From: an uncultured bacterium
GTDB lineage: Bacteria; Acidobacteriota; HRBIN11; JAKEFK01
DNA: 64,000 bases
Direction: 5' to 3'
Assembly: GCA_963777505.1 (NCBI GenBank)
Contig: CAVZQN010000007.1
Span: forward strand, 138,452-202,451
The position numbers and the translations under genes are program-made. The notes beneath the pieces were generated by a model. The model did no database searches. It worked only from the letters and a program-made list of their open reading frames with translations, and was not told the DNA's origin. Below, piece after piece: positions 1 through 10,091 of this stretch. How positions within the stretch are numbered: the stretch's first letter is position 1; each line of letters starts with the position of its first letter.

Positions 1-2
1 AT

Positions 3-512
3 TCTGCGCTTGATGAAATGTTGCCTCTTGTCTACGAAGAGCTGAAGCGATTGGCTGGCCATTATTTAAGGAAGGAGCGTCCTGATCATACTTTACAAAC
101 AACAGCGCTTGTTCATGAAGCTTATATGCGGCTTGTGAAACAAGAAAATGTTGATTGGAAGAATCGTGCGCAATTTCTTGGCATTGCTGCAGAAATGATG
201 CGGCGAATTCTTGTAAATCATGCCAGGGATCGAGCTGTCGCCAAGCGTGGAGGCGGCGCCAAACGTGTTTCATTGAGCCTGGTTGTCGATGCAGGAAAAC
301 AAGTAGACATTGATCTGGTCGTTCTTGACGATGCACTCAAGAAACTTGCCGAACTGGATCCACGAAAAAGTCGCGTTGTAGAGATGAAATTTTTCGGAGG
401 CATGACAACTGAAGAAACTGCGGAAATATTGCAGGTGTCAGTTAAGACAATTGAACGCGACTGGACAGCCGCACGAGCCTGGCTCTATCGCGCTGTCGTT
501 GGTGAGCATTAA
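3..512 (+). CDS. ECF sigma-70 factor of the Ser/Thr-kinase-coupled type (TIGR02999/ECF43-like); 5' end lies outside the window
   Basis: LPLVYEELKRLA...DHTLQTTALVHEAY, FLGIAAEMMRRILVNHAR and region-4 HTH (EETAEILQVSVKTIERDW); frame open to the window edge; followed by a Hanks kinase. Confidence 0.92.
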   Translation, partial: SALDEMLPLVYEELKRLAGHYLRKERPDHTLQTTALVHEAYMRLVKQENVDWKNRAQFLGIAAEMMRRILVNHARDRAVAKRGGGAKRVSLSLVVDAGKQVDIDLVVLDDALKKLAELDPRKSRVVEMKFFGGMTTEETAEILQVSVKTIERDWTAARAWLYRAVVGEH

Positions 513-673
513 CACGAAGATACCCTTAGCCTAATATTCCATAAATCCTTCACCGAATGTCGGGATTCAACCCAAATCCGTGCGCTCTATATATGGAGAA
601 TCAACCAAAAGTCTTTCGGAGATATAATCCTGGAGACAAGAAAGAAACCCATTAGTGGAATTGAACATTCCTC

Positions 674-3600
674 ATGTCAGTAGAACGATTCGAGAAAGCC
701 ACTGAATTGCTTTGTGCCGCGACTCGAAATTGATTCCGAACAACGTTCCGGCTTCCTAAAACAGGCCTGTAGCGGTGATGAAGCACTACTGTCGGAAGTC
801 GAGTCGCTATTAGCTGCACACTTTAAAGCTGGACAATTCATCCAAACACCTCCTGTTCAAAATGCAATCGATCTGCTTTCTGATCATGAAGAAAGACTAT
901 CCACCGGCGAACAAATTGGCGCGTATAAGATTGTTAGAGAAATCGGGCGCGGTGGGATGGGAGCGGTTTATCTTGCGGAACGATCTGATGAGCAATACAA
1001 AAAGTATGTAGCCATCAAATTGTTAAAGCGCGGAATGGATACCGATGATTTGCTTCGACATTTCCGCAGAGAACGCCAAATCCTTGCTACCTTCGACCAT
1101 CCAAACATCGCTCGTTTACATGATGGCGGCAGCACAAAAACAGGCCTCCCCTACTTCGTCATGGAATATGTTGAAGGCAAGCCGATTGATGATTATTGTG
1201 ATGAACACGAACTGAATATCACTCAACGTCTGGAACTCTTTCAGCAAGTTTGCGCCGCCGTTTCGTATGCACATCGGAATCTTGTTGTACATCGTGACAT
1301 CAAGCCATCCAATATTCTGGTAACAAACGAAGGGATTCCAAAACTTCTGGATTTTGGAATTGCAAAAATTTTGCAGACGGAAGAACCAGGATTGACTGCA
1401 ACCGGCATTCGCTTGATGACTCCAGAATTCGCAAGTCCTGAACAAGCACAAGGGCTTCCCGTTACCACATCCAGCGATGTTTATTCACTTGGCGTCGTTC
1501 TATTTGAACTTTTGACAGGACGTTCGCCATACCTCTTTACAAATCGGACACCGTTAGAAGTTGCACGCGTCATTACTACATCGAACCCACAGTTGCCCAG
1601 TGCAATGATTACAGTGAAAGCAAACGCCGGATCTTCGAAATCTTTCAAATTTCCCGAAGGAAGCCTCGATCGCTTGCGCCGTAGACTCGAAGGCGATCTC
1701 GACAACATTGTGTTGATGGCATTGCGAAAAGAAGCAGCGCGACGATATCAATCGGTTGAACAATTTTCCGAAGATATCCGCAGACATCTTGAAGGACTTC
1801 CGGTTGTTGCACGGAAAGATACTTTCTCATATCGTGCCTCAAAGTTTGTGCAACGCAATAAAGTTGCAGTTGCCGCCTTCGTATTTGCAATTCTTGCTAT
1901 TGTCATATCCGCAACTGTCGCTGGCATCATTCAATGGCGCGCGAATCAGCAAGCGAAATTTTTGCAGGAATTTGGAGCAGAAGCTGCACGTATTGAAGGA
2001 ATCATGCGTTATGCGTATCTGATGCCTTTGCACGATACTTCGCAGGAACGGGAAATTGTTATGAAACGGATTCGAGCCATCACTGCGCGCATGGCTGAAT
2101 TAGGTAGTAACGCACAAGGGCCAGGCCATTATGCGATTGGAAGAGGATTCATGGCCTTGCAACAGTATGAAGATGCACGAAAACATTTTGCACAAGCCCT
2201 GAATGATCATGAATATAGAACGTCTGAAGTTGCTTACTCATATGGCTTAACTTTAGCGATGCTCTATCAGACTGAACTCCAATCAGCTGCCCGCATCGGA
2301 AGCAAAGAACAGAGAGAAATGCGGATGAAAGAAATTCAGAAAGATTACAAAGATCCAGCGCTATCTTTCATTCGTGAAGGAAGACGTTCGGAAGAATATT
2401 CAGAGTATGCCGAGGCAGTTGTTGAGTTTCTTGATGAGCGTTATGAGAAAGCGATTGAAAAATCAGAAAAAGCCTTGCAACAAATTCCATGGTTATATGA
2501 ATCAAAAAGGTTGGAAGGAGAGGCGTATCGCAGTATTGGAAGGCAATTATTTTTTAAAGGAAATCATTCGCAAGCGCTGGATTCGTTCGCGAAAGCGGGT
2601 AATGCATTTGAACTCAGCACTCGAATAGGAGCCAGCGATTCCATGGGTTACGTAGGGTTTTGCACCTTGAAGTCGAGCATTGTTCGCGTGCAGATTCGAA
2701 CAGGTGTGCAAGCAGATACTAATTACAGAATAGGGACGGAATCATGCCAGAAAGCGTTGATGGCTGACCCGAAAAACGCTGCGGCGTACCTTGCACTTTC
2801 TAATATCCATACATCCTGGGCAGAAAATTACACAAATCGCCAAATGGCATATAGACGCCCTGTTCTTGAACTGGCGGTTCAAGCCGCTCAAAAAGCTATC
2901 TTGTTGAAGCCCCAAAGTTCAGAAATGCATAAGGGAATGGGAATGGCTTATTCCAACTTAGCCTATGAGGACATCCTGGACACCGTTGATCCAAGCAAGG
3001 CAGTTACTGCCGGTATCGAAAGTTTTGAAAAAGCGACAAAAATCAATCCAAACGATGTGGATTCACACTTATGGCGCGCTACCTTACTGTGGTACTTAGC
3101 TGAATATTTGAGAGAAACCGGTGCAGATCCGCGGGAAGCCTTAGATGATGCAAATCCCTCTTTGCAAACCGCTATTCGGTTAAACCCAAACTATTTTAGT
3201 GCTTACCATTGTAAAGGAAACATTCATAACGTCAGGGGCCTTTATGAAATGGATGTTGGCCTGGACCCAACTGATTCATTGGACTCTGCTCTGGAAATGC
3301 TGAAAAAAGCTATAAAAATAAATCCGGGTTATTTCAACGCGTATATTTCGCTTGGATTTGCAGCTGTAAGTAAAGGAGAATACCTGTCTTTGGTCGGACA
3401 CAATCCTAATGACACTTTAAATCTAGCAGAGGAAACTTTTCAGAATGCCATGCAAATCAATCCCAATTTTCATGAATTATTCAGAGGATTGGCGCAGTCA
3501 AATTGGAAAAGAGCAGAATTCTGTGTGGAGCATAAGACAGATCCGACTTTGTATTTGAAACAGGCGCGATCTTTCATTCAGAAAGCCTTCGAAGCAGATA

Positions 3601-4076
3601 AGAGTAGCAGAGTCATATATTCGCTTTGGGGAGAGATCGAATTGATTGCCGCACGGTGGAAAATGTTACAGCAGAGCAATCCTGAGACCGAACTTCAAAG
3701 AGCAATCGAATGGGAAAATCGAGGCCTAAACATAGGTCCTACCCCTAAATTCTTTGATGCCTGGTATTCACAGGCAAGAGTGTATCACCGGTGGGCAGAA
3801 TGGAATCTTGTAAATAAGCGCAATGCGGATCGAGAACTAAGGCTTGGCTTAGACATGGTATCCAGTGCCCTTAAAATCAAACCACGTTCTGCTGAAATGA
3901 TTGCAACACGTGGAATCTTTTTTCTTTTTCAAGCGCGTTCAGCGAGCAACGTCTCTCAACGCAAAGCATTCGCTGACAAAGCACAAATGACTATCCAAGA
4001 GGCGCTCAAATTAAATGCAAATTTAACCCGCTTATACACACCTTACCTCAAAGAAGCTGAAAGTTTAGTTCAATAA
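674..4076 (+). CDS. Membrane Ser/Thr protein kinase with long C-terminal TPR region (apparent +1 indel near 720)
   Basis: GRGGMGAVY, VAIK, HRDIKPSNIL, DFG motifs; TM helix VAVAAFVFAILAIVISATVAGII; TPR-like repeats. ATG at 674 gives MSVERFEKATEL, which joins LEIDSEQRSGFLKQAC after one extra base. Confidence 0.92.
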
Positions 4077-4111
4077 ATGACGTTGATCCATTGACTTCAG
4101 ATATCTCTGGA

Positions 4112-4705
4112 CTAAAGATTCGCTTTTTCAACAGTGATCTTGCTGTCCTTGGCGCGGGTAGCCTTCACGAAATAAACGACGAACTCTTCCGGTTCGAGAA
4201 GATAGAAGCTGACAACTTTGTTGCCTGCATCATCACTTAATTTCGGCGGCATGAATTCCTTTTCAGCTTTCTTGATCAAATCCATCGCACCAATGTTCCG
4301 TTTTGAATCGGTCAGCACCATTCCCGCGCCTAGATCTTTATGAAAACGGGTAATGATTTCTGCCCACCATGCAGCCGGCGCATCCGCACCACAAGCGTCT
4401 AGAATTCTGGATACGGCACCATTATCCGAAACGCTCAATATTGTGTCACCGGATAACAATGCGTAATTGAGTTGATACGAAAGTGGCCGAACATTATGTC
4501 CGGCTGTATAAAACGAACAGGAACCGTGTCGAAGATTTTCGACTTCATCAACTCGAACCTCATCAACCTTCCAGGCATGTTCATCGTGCACTTTGTTTGC
4601 GATTTTTAGACGAATGCTATCATCCATTTTGTTATCCTCCAGATTTGCCGTGCCGAAACTTAAAGCAACGACCACCGCAAATAAGGTTATTTGCATCAGA
4701 TTCAA
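4112..4705 (-). CDS. Exported hypothetical protein; candidate immunity/partner of the upstream metallopeptidase
   Basis: 197 aa, N-terminal signal peptide (ITLFAVVVALSFGTA), 4-bp overlap with stop of 4702..6621. Confidence 0.6.
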   Translation of the reverse strand: MNLMQITLFAVVVALSFGTANLEDNKMDDSIRLKIANKVHDEHAWKVDEVRVDEVENLRHGSCSFYTAGHNVRPLSYQLNYALLSGDTILSVSDNGAVSRILDACGADAPAAWWAEIITRFHKDLGAGMVLTDSKRNIGAMDLIKKAEKEFMPPKLSDDAGNKVVSFYLLEPEEFVVYFVKATRAKDSKITVEKANL

Positions 4706-6621
4706 TGGTTATCAAGATTTCCGCTAGGCAGTGGAGCCGGATCATTAGGCTTAGCCCATGTTGATGGATCCTCTGCAATCACAGTGTTCCAGTTACTTGC
4801 ATCTACTTTTTTACCGCTCATCTTGCTTAATAAGTCGTAAAATTTAGCTGCCTCTGCCGGGTCCTTCAACGCTTCCTTAGCGTATTTACCGTAAAAACTG
4901 CTGGGATCAAGCTGCCATGAAATACGTTGCTTCATCGCTTCTTCGTTTGTTGGCACTCGACCATAGCGCGCCTGGAATCCAACATGCCACGCACGATATT
5001 CCGCTTCGAAATATTTATATGTCTTTGCAACTTCATCCTTATTCAGAATATGGCTAACTTCATGCGGCATCGTAGAAAGAACCATATGCTGCGTCTTCAC
5101 GTTTTCAACCATCTTGTTGTTATCGGCTGCAATAAATCCTTTATTCAGCGAAATAGTCTTCGTGTCATGATCACCTTCACCATGGGTGTTGTCGGTGTAG
5201 CTCTTCCATTGAAGTTTAAAGTCGGATTTTGGATCGAGCAACTTGTTGAGTGTGTTATCAACAATTTTACGATCTCCCGCATCATATGAAGAAAGATAGC
5301 CCACCATTTTCAGCGATCGCTGTTTATCACCAAGATCCTGTCCGGTGAACCATTCCTTTTGCAGCATCCGTTGCGTGTTGGCAACTGCACGCGCATCCGG
5401 ATAATTCTTCACCTGACTGAGCACAGCAGTCTTTTCTTCGGGCTTGAGTGCTTCAAACTTCGGATCAGCAAGGAGATTTTTTACGTTTTCTGAATACTTC
5501 GGATCAGCTTTAGCCCCTGCCAGTCCTTCAGTAACTAATGCTTTATTTGCATCGGTTAATTTTGTAAAGCCAGGTGAACCGATCAGATTTAAAGTGTTAT
5601 CCACTTTCTCAGTCGTAGTTGGTGGATTCTTCGCAATCGTATCAACCACTGAATCTTTGACTTTATCGTTTGAATTTCGGAAAGCCGGACTCCCAGCCAT
5701 TTTTCCGAGACCTTCCGCAAGCTGTGCATCATCCGGACGCGTCTTCAACGCACCCATCATTTTGTTCTGCGTGTCATTCGAAAGCTGCTCAAAACCTTTG
5801 GATGTTGCGAGCTTTGTCAGATTGTCGATTTTTCCCGGATCACCGGCATACCCTTTCACCTGGTTCAGTACTTCTGTTTTTGTTGCATCGTTTAGCTTCT
5901 GAAATGTTGCATCATTGGCGAGAGTACTTAATTGCGATGTGAACTTCGCGTCATCCGGACGCGCTTTCTGCATGTCCAGCATTTGTTGCTGATGAGCGGT
6001 GGAAAGATTGGATAATCCTGGACTTGTAGCGAAATTACGGAGGTTTTCTACTTTCGTTTTATCCTGATCATATTCAGTCATCAGCTTGCGCGTCTGATCT
6101 TTGATTCCGGGATCAACTTTTTTGAAATTCGGATCGTTTTCCAAAAGGACGCGGTTCTGTGTTGCGACCCCTGCATCACCGTCTTTCTTCAACCCATTTG
6201 CTTTCTGGAATTCTTCGACCGCTTTCTCCGTTTTTGGCCCGAAATATCCATCTTCTTTAACCGGGTCCTTGCCGTTTTCGGTGCGCCACTGATTTACTTG
6301 CTTTTGGAGTTCCTCGACTTCCGGTTTAGGCTCTTTCTGATTATCATTGCGTTTTAATACTTCATCCGTAGGAAGTTTCGGAGCTTCAGCCTCTTTATTG
6401 AAGCCAACGAACTGGGCTGCACGCGCCATTCCTGATAAAGCAAACTCGCTAAACTTGCTAGTTTGCCCTTTCTGATCAGTCGGAATAGACGGTGCAGGGC
6501 TGTCGGCTGGTGTCGGAGTGCTTGTTTTTGTTTCGGCCGGCTTCGTTGTGTCTACACTGCTTGCCGCATCGGTTTGTGGAGACTGAGGCGGCGGTGCGCC
6601 ACTTCCAATTTTGTCAACCAT
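4702..6621 (-). CDS. Putative secreted effector: disordered N-terminus, peptidoglycan-binding domain, helical repeats, C-terminal HExxH zinc metallopeptidase-like domain
   Basis: PG_binding_1-like VEELQKQVN...DGYFGPKTEKAVEEFQKANGLKKDGDAG; PHEVSH...EAEYRAW; no signal peptide; motif B FSEFALSGMARAAQF. Confidence 0.75.
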   Translation of the reverse strand: MVDKIGSGAPPPQSPQTDAASSVDTTKPAETKTSTPTPADSPAPSIPTDQKGQTSKFSEFALSGMARAAQFVGFNKEAEAPKLPTDEVLKRNDNQKEPKPEVEELQKQVNQWRTENGKDPVKEDGYFGPKTEKAVEEFQKANGLKKDGDAGVATQNRVLLENDPNFKKVDPGIKDQTRKLMTEYDQDKTKVENLRNFATSPGLSNLSTAHQQQMLDMQKARPDDAKFTSQLSTLANDATFQKLNDATKTEVLNQVKGYAGDPGKIDNLTKLATSKGFEQLSNDTQNKMMGALKTRPDDAQLAEGLGKMAGSPAFRNSNDKVKDSVVDTIAKNPPTTTEKVDNTLNLIGSPGFTKLTDANKALVTEGLAGAKADPKYSENVKNLLADPKFEALKPEEKTAVLSQVKNYPDARAVANTQRMLQKEWFTGQDLGDKQRSLKMVGYLSSYDAGDRKIVDNTLNKLLDPKSDFKLQWKSYTDNTHGEGDHDTKTISLNKGFIAADNNKMVENVKTQHMVLSTMPHEVSHILNKDEVAKTYKYFEAEYRAWHVGFQARYGRVPTNEEAMKQRISWQLDPSSFYGKYAKEALKDPAEAAKFYDLLSKMSGKKVDASNWNTVIAEDPSTWAKPNDPAPLPSGNLDNH

Positions 6622-6673
6622 GATGATACTCCAAGGGGTTAATTAATTAATTTTAACATACGCCCAATTAGGA

Positions 6674-6700
6674 TTATCGGACGTGAACGGTGAAAGTTGT
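6674..6700 (-). promoter_or_regulatory. sigma28/FliA-like promoter
   Basis: ACAACTTT-N11-TCCGATAA on minus strand, about 50 bp upstream of ATG 6621 (cf. consensus TAAAGTTT-N11-GCCGATAA). Confidence 0.6.
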
Positions 6701-6783
6701 GCCATCGGAGCACGGATGTCTCGAGCCAAAATTAATTTTGAGATTGATAAGTATTCCTAGCGGCTTGTAGCACCAGCTAGATA

Positions 6784-7392
6784 TCAATCATCGTTTGGAA
6801 TTGCACCAAACTCTTTTAAGCGAATTTTTGCAGCAGCGCGGCTAACTCCGAAACGTTCCGTAACTTCGTTGAGTAATTTCTCCGTTTCGGATGGAGCGCT
6901 GGCATACTCCTGCATCAGCTCTGCAGGCATCAGAAGTTCGGCTGCAAATTGATTCGCGCGCACTTCAGTGTAATCCACCGCGTTTGTCTTTTGGATCTCA
7001 CCCGGAAAATCACGGCATGCAAACGAGACCTGATGTTTTTTTCGAAAGTCCCAATAATGGCCAAGCTCATGTGCTTTCGTAAAACGGCAAAAGCCTGCAT
7101 TGCCATTCTTTTCAGTAAAGATCAAACCATGTCCATTCTTAAAAAAAATGAAACCTGCCAGCGCTTCATCTGTATCGTCTGACCAATCATATTCAATCCC
7201 AATCTTGTTCAGGTAGGCAGAAACTCGACCGAATGTTAATTCTTCGAATTCAATTAATGAGATCGGATACAACAATTGAATAATGTCATCAAGTGGACGC
7301 GGAAATACATCGACAAATTCTGGAGCAAGGCGCGCGAGGTCATACAGCAATTCATCGACACGTCTTTGAGCGATACGGTGTTTGCGTTCCAT
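6784..7392 (-). CDS. ImmA/IrrE family zinc metallo-endopeptidase
   Basis: RFTKAHELGHY ... EVRANQFAAELLMP ... FGVSRAAAKIRL. Confidence 0.9.
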   Translation of the reverse strand: MERKHRIAQRRVDELLYDLARLAPEFVDVFPRPLDDIIQLLYPISLIEFEELTFGRVSAYLNKIGIEYDWSDDTDEALAGFIFFKNGHGLIFTEKNGNAGFCRFTKAHELGHYWDFRKKHQVSFACRDFPGEIQKTNAVDYTEVRANQFAAELLMPAELMQEYASAPSETEKLLNEVTERFGVSRAAAKIRLKEFGAIPNDD

Positions 7393-7393
7393 T

Positions 7394-7864
7394 TTATTTC
7401 TGTGGTTTCTTACGAGCTGCTTTCCGGATAACCGTTTCTCCAGATGACATCGAATGCAGCACGATTGCGCGCTTCAATATAGTAAAGAGCGGACGCAGAC
7501 TGAATTGCGGATGCTCTTTCACGAACTCGGTACAAAATTCAAATAACGTCTTGTCCTTGACTGGCTCTAGACTCCCCTGCAGCACTCTTACATCACGAAC
7601 ACTAACACCCAGTTCTTTTGCCGCGTCATGATCTGATTTTTGTTCAGCACTCATAATAAAGCTCAAATGATATCCTGCAGTTCCTGGAATTCCGGAGGCA
7701 AGCTTAGAAAGATTCAGTGTACCTTTACGAATATTGTAATCATGAATAGCGATCAGTGTTTCTTCAGATGGAATATCTTTCGCATTCTCTTTGAGCAATC
7801 GGCTAAATCCTGATTCTGTTTCAAGAAAATGTTTCTTTGAGGATCGCTTTTTTTCAGGACTCAT
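7394..7864 (-). CDS. Hypothetical protein between sigma factor and ImmA/IrrE peptidase (possible HTH/anti-sigma substrate)
   Basis: 156 aa, translationally coupled to both neighbours; HTH-like DAAKELGVSVRDVRVL; C-terminal KAARKK. Confidence 0.6.
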   Translation of the reverse strand: MSPEKKRSSKKHFLETESGFSRLLKENAKDIPSEETLIAIHDYNIRKGTLNLSKLASGIPGTAGYHLSFIMSAEQKSDHDAAKELGVSVRDVRVLQGSLEPVKDKTLFEFCTEFVKEHPQFSLRPLFTILKRAIVLHSMSSGETVIRKAARKKPQK

Positions 7865-8418
7865 CGAATAGATCCTCCGGCTTCAATTGAAGTTCTTTTG
7901 CGATCCGGACGACTTCCGTTTTCAGCGTACGCTGAAGGTATTGCACCCGCATGACTTTTATCTCCAGTATTTCGGATATTTCTTTTGCTGAATATCCTTG
8001 CGATGTGAGCTCAAAAATGGTCCGCATTGGAGGCGGGCCTCTTTCCGCCAGATAACGCCAGCAGCAGTTTTTCTCGATTTTGTGCTTGAGGCGTTTCGAT
8101 TCCAGACTTCCCTTCGATGCTCACATCTTCTGCATCTATATGGATATACGATTTCCGCTGCTTCCTTTTGCGAAGTTCATCATGGGCTCGAAAGGAAGCC
8201 TTGCGTACCATCCATGAAATCAAAGGGACGCCTCGTGAAGGATCGAATTTTGCTCCACCCTGGGAAAGTTCTTCTAACAAAGCCTGACTCGCAATTTCTT
8301 GCGCATCTGCCTGATTGAATCCGTACTTGTGCATTATGTACGAAACCATGACGCCATAGGATTCATACAATTTGCCAATGTCCTCGTCCATCATCCAGTA
8401 GAGATTATATTTCACCAC
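7854..8418 (-). CDS. ECF-like sigma-70 factor, split by an indel near 8040
   Basis: Region 2-like DAQEIASQALL...FDPSRGVPLISWM in ORF 8011..8418; second frame continues PPMRTIFELTSQGYSAKEISEILEIKVMRVQYLQRTLK (region-4 HTH) to TGA at 7854. Confidence 0.75.
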
Positions 8419-8479
8419 CGATTAGTTCGGATGTATTTTTTCTAATGAATGAGCCTCTTAGTAACTTAGGAGGATCGAA

Positions 8480-9307
8480 GTGAAAAGATATTCTCGGATA
8501 GGAGTGCTACTGTTCGTTGCTACATTTGTTCTTTTAGCCGCTAATTTCGTTTATGCAGATAAGGAAGACCGTCTTTACGATTTTACGGACAATTACTACA
8601 AGATCAATGGAATCGACCCCGCCAAAATTCAAGGCCGGCGAAATGGAATTGATGGTTTATCTGTTTTTGATACGCCTTTTTTCGCTTTTCAACGAAATGT
8701 GCGCGCCATTTTTACGCTTCCCGCATACAAACACAATGGTGATTTGGAATACTGGTCGGTAATGGGCGATGTTTTCGTTGATGGTTTCACAAACAACGCA
8801 GCCGGACGCAAAGCAAAACAAATTGCGGACCGTGCAATCCTTTATGTTTTTCCAACCCGTGATGGTGACCCTATAGGACTCGGCAATAATAGACAGGCCG
8901 ATATTATGGATATGCGTAATGGGTACTTCAGCGGAAACCCATTGGGACTTTGGCTCCATGTGTGGATTCGTTATACGGATAAAGCATTCAATACTTCCAA
9001 AGGTCGAAAAATGCTTGACGATCTCGCAAAAAATAATGGGCTGGCTCTTGATGGAACTCCCATTATCAGAACCTTAAGCGAACTCGAGAATTTGCTTCAA
9101 AATGGATTTGCAGCAAAACGTTTCCGGAATCCAAATGGGTCAGAAGGACCAATGTATGGTATTTGTCCGGTTATTGAAGATCCGACAGATGGCGGCATCG
9201 CACCAGATGCATTTCTAATAACTGTACGGAAAGCAGATGGTACTCCGCTTGAGCGTGAGTTTGTGGTGAATTTCGATAGCCTGCAAAAAACCGGCGATTG
9301 GGATTAG
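8480..9307 (+). CDS. Secreted hypothetical protein
   Basis: 275 aa, AGGAGG RBS, GTG start, signal peptide (IGVLLFVATFVLLAANFVYA). Confidence 0.75.
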   Translation: MKRYSRIGVLLFVATFVLLAANFVYADKEDRLYDFTDNYYKINGIDPAKIQGRRNGIDGLSVFDTPFFAFQRNVRAIFTLPAYKHNGDLEYWSVMGDVFVDGFTNNAAGRKAKQIADRAILYVFPTRDGDPIGLGNNRQADIMDMRNGYFSGNPLGLWLHVWIRYTDKAFNTSKGRKMLDDLAKNNGLALDGTPIIRTLSELENLLQNGFAAKRFRNPNGSEGPMYGICPVIEDPTDGGIAPDAFLITVRKADGTPLEREFVVNFDSLQKTGDWD

Positions 9308-9458
9308 TTCTCGCTTAGTAATACGTCGCTTGTCATGGGGTTGAAAAATCTCAAGACAAGCGATGCCTCTTGCCCCCGCATGAACAATGCATCTGAAGCC
9401 TGGCCATATCCAACTCTTCCCTTTTCTTATTCTTGACAGTTCATAATATATTGTTGAT

Positions 9459-10011
9459 ATGCAGATCAAGCGTCTGGAGCCAAGCTCCATTCAACAAAAG
9501 TCAACAACAGAAAACACAGAAACGAACTCTTCATCCTCAGTCAATTTGAACTCCGGAGTTGGCAACATAAAAGATGGTTTTGAACCACTAAAAGTAGATG
9601 AAGGATCAACGAGACCCTTAAAGCTCAATTTTGTAAAACAGCAAATGACTGCTTATATGAGTTCGAAAATAGCCACAAAGCGCAAACGATCCGATGTTTG
9701 CTGTCATGGACGAGTACTTAAAAATGAATGACAATGAAATTGGTTCGGCTCACGGCTCACGTGATATTTTTCAAACAGTAGATACCGACGCAACGTCTGA
9801 GCTTACACTTGGCCAAACCTCCCGCCTGAATCGAGGAAACGCAAGAAACCACGTTGATACGCAAGGCAAACCATTAAACGAACTAAAACAATCCGCAAGC
9901 GACATCAAAGAAACGCTACTTCAGAATGCCGGCCTTGATGAAGACAAAAAGAACGTAATGAACCGTTATGAAAGAATTTCTTTGTGGATCAGAGCCCGAG
10001 AAGACGATTAG
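9459..10011 (+). CDS. Putative type III-like export substrate, split by one extra A near 9677
   Basis: MQIKRLEPSS S/T/N-rich N-terminus, motif A GVGNIKDGFE; removing one A joins ORFs 9459..9731 and 9694..10011 (ATSANDPMFAVMDEYLKM...LDEDKK). Confidence 0.55.
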
Positions 10012-10091
10012 ACAGAGAGAAAAGATAGTGTGGTTGGAAACTACTAATCACCGGGTTTAGGAAAGCGCCGTAACTCCGTGGTAACTTTATC

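Noticed and set aside
555-595. TGTCGGG...GCGCTCT between ECF and kinase as an ECF target promoter
   Set aside because: Single instance, and I cannot verify the group consensus from the sequence alone
6690-6704. TGGCAC upstream of 6621 as a sigma54 site
   Set aside because: No GC at the -12 position (TGGCACAACTTTCAC); the sigma28-like reading fits better
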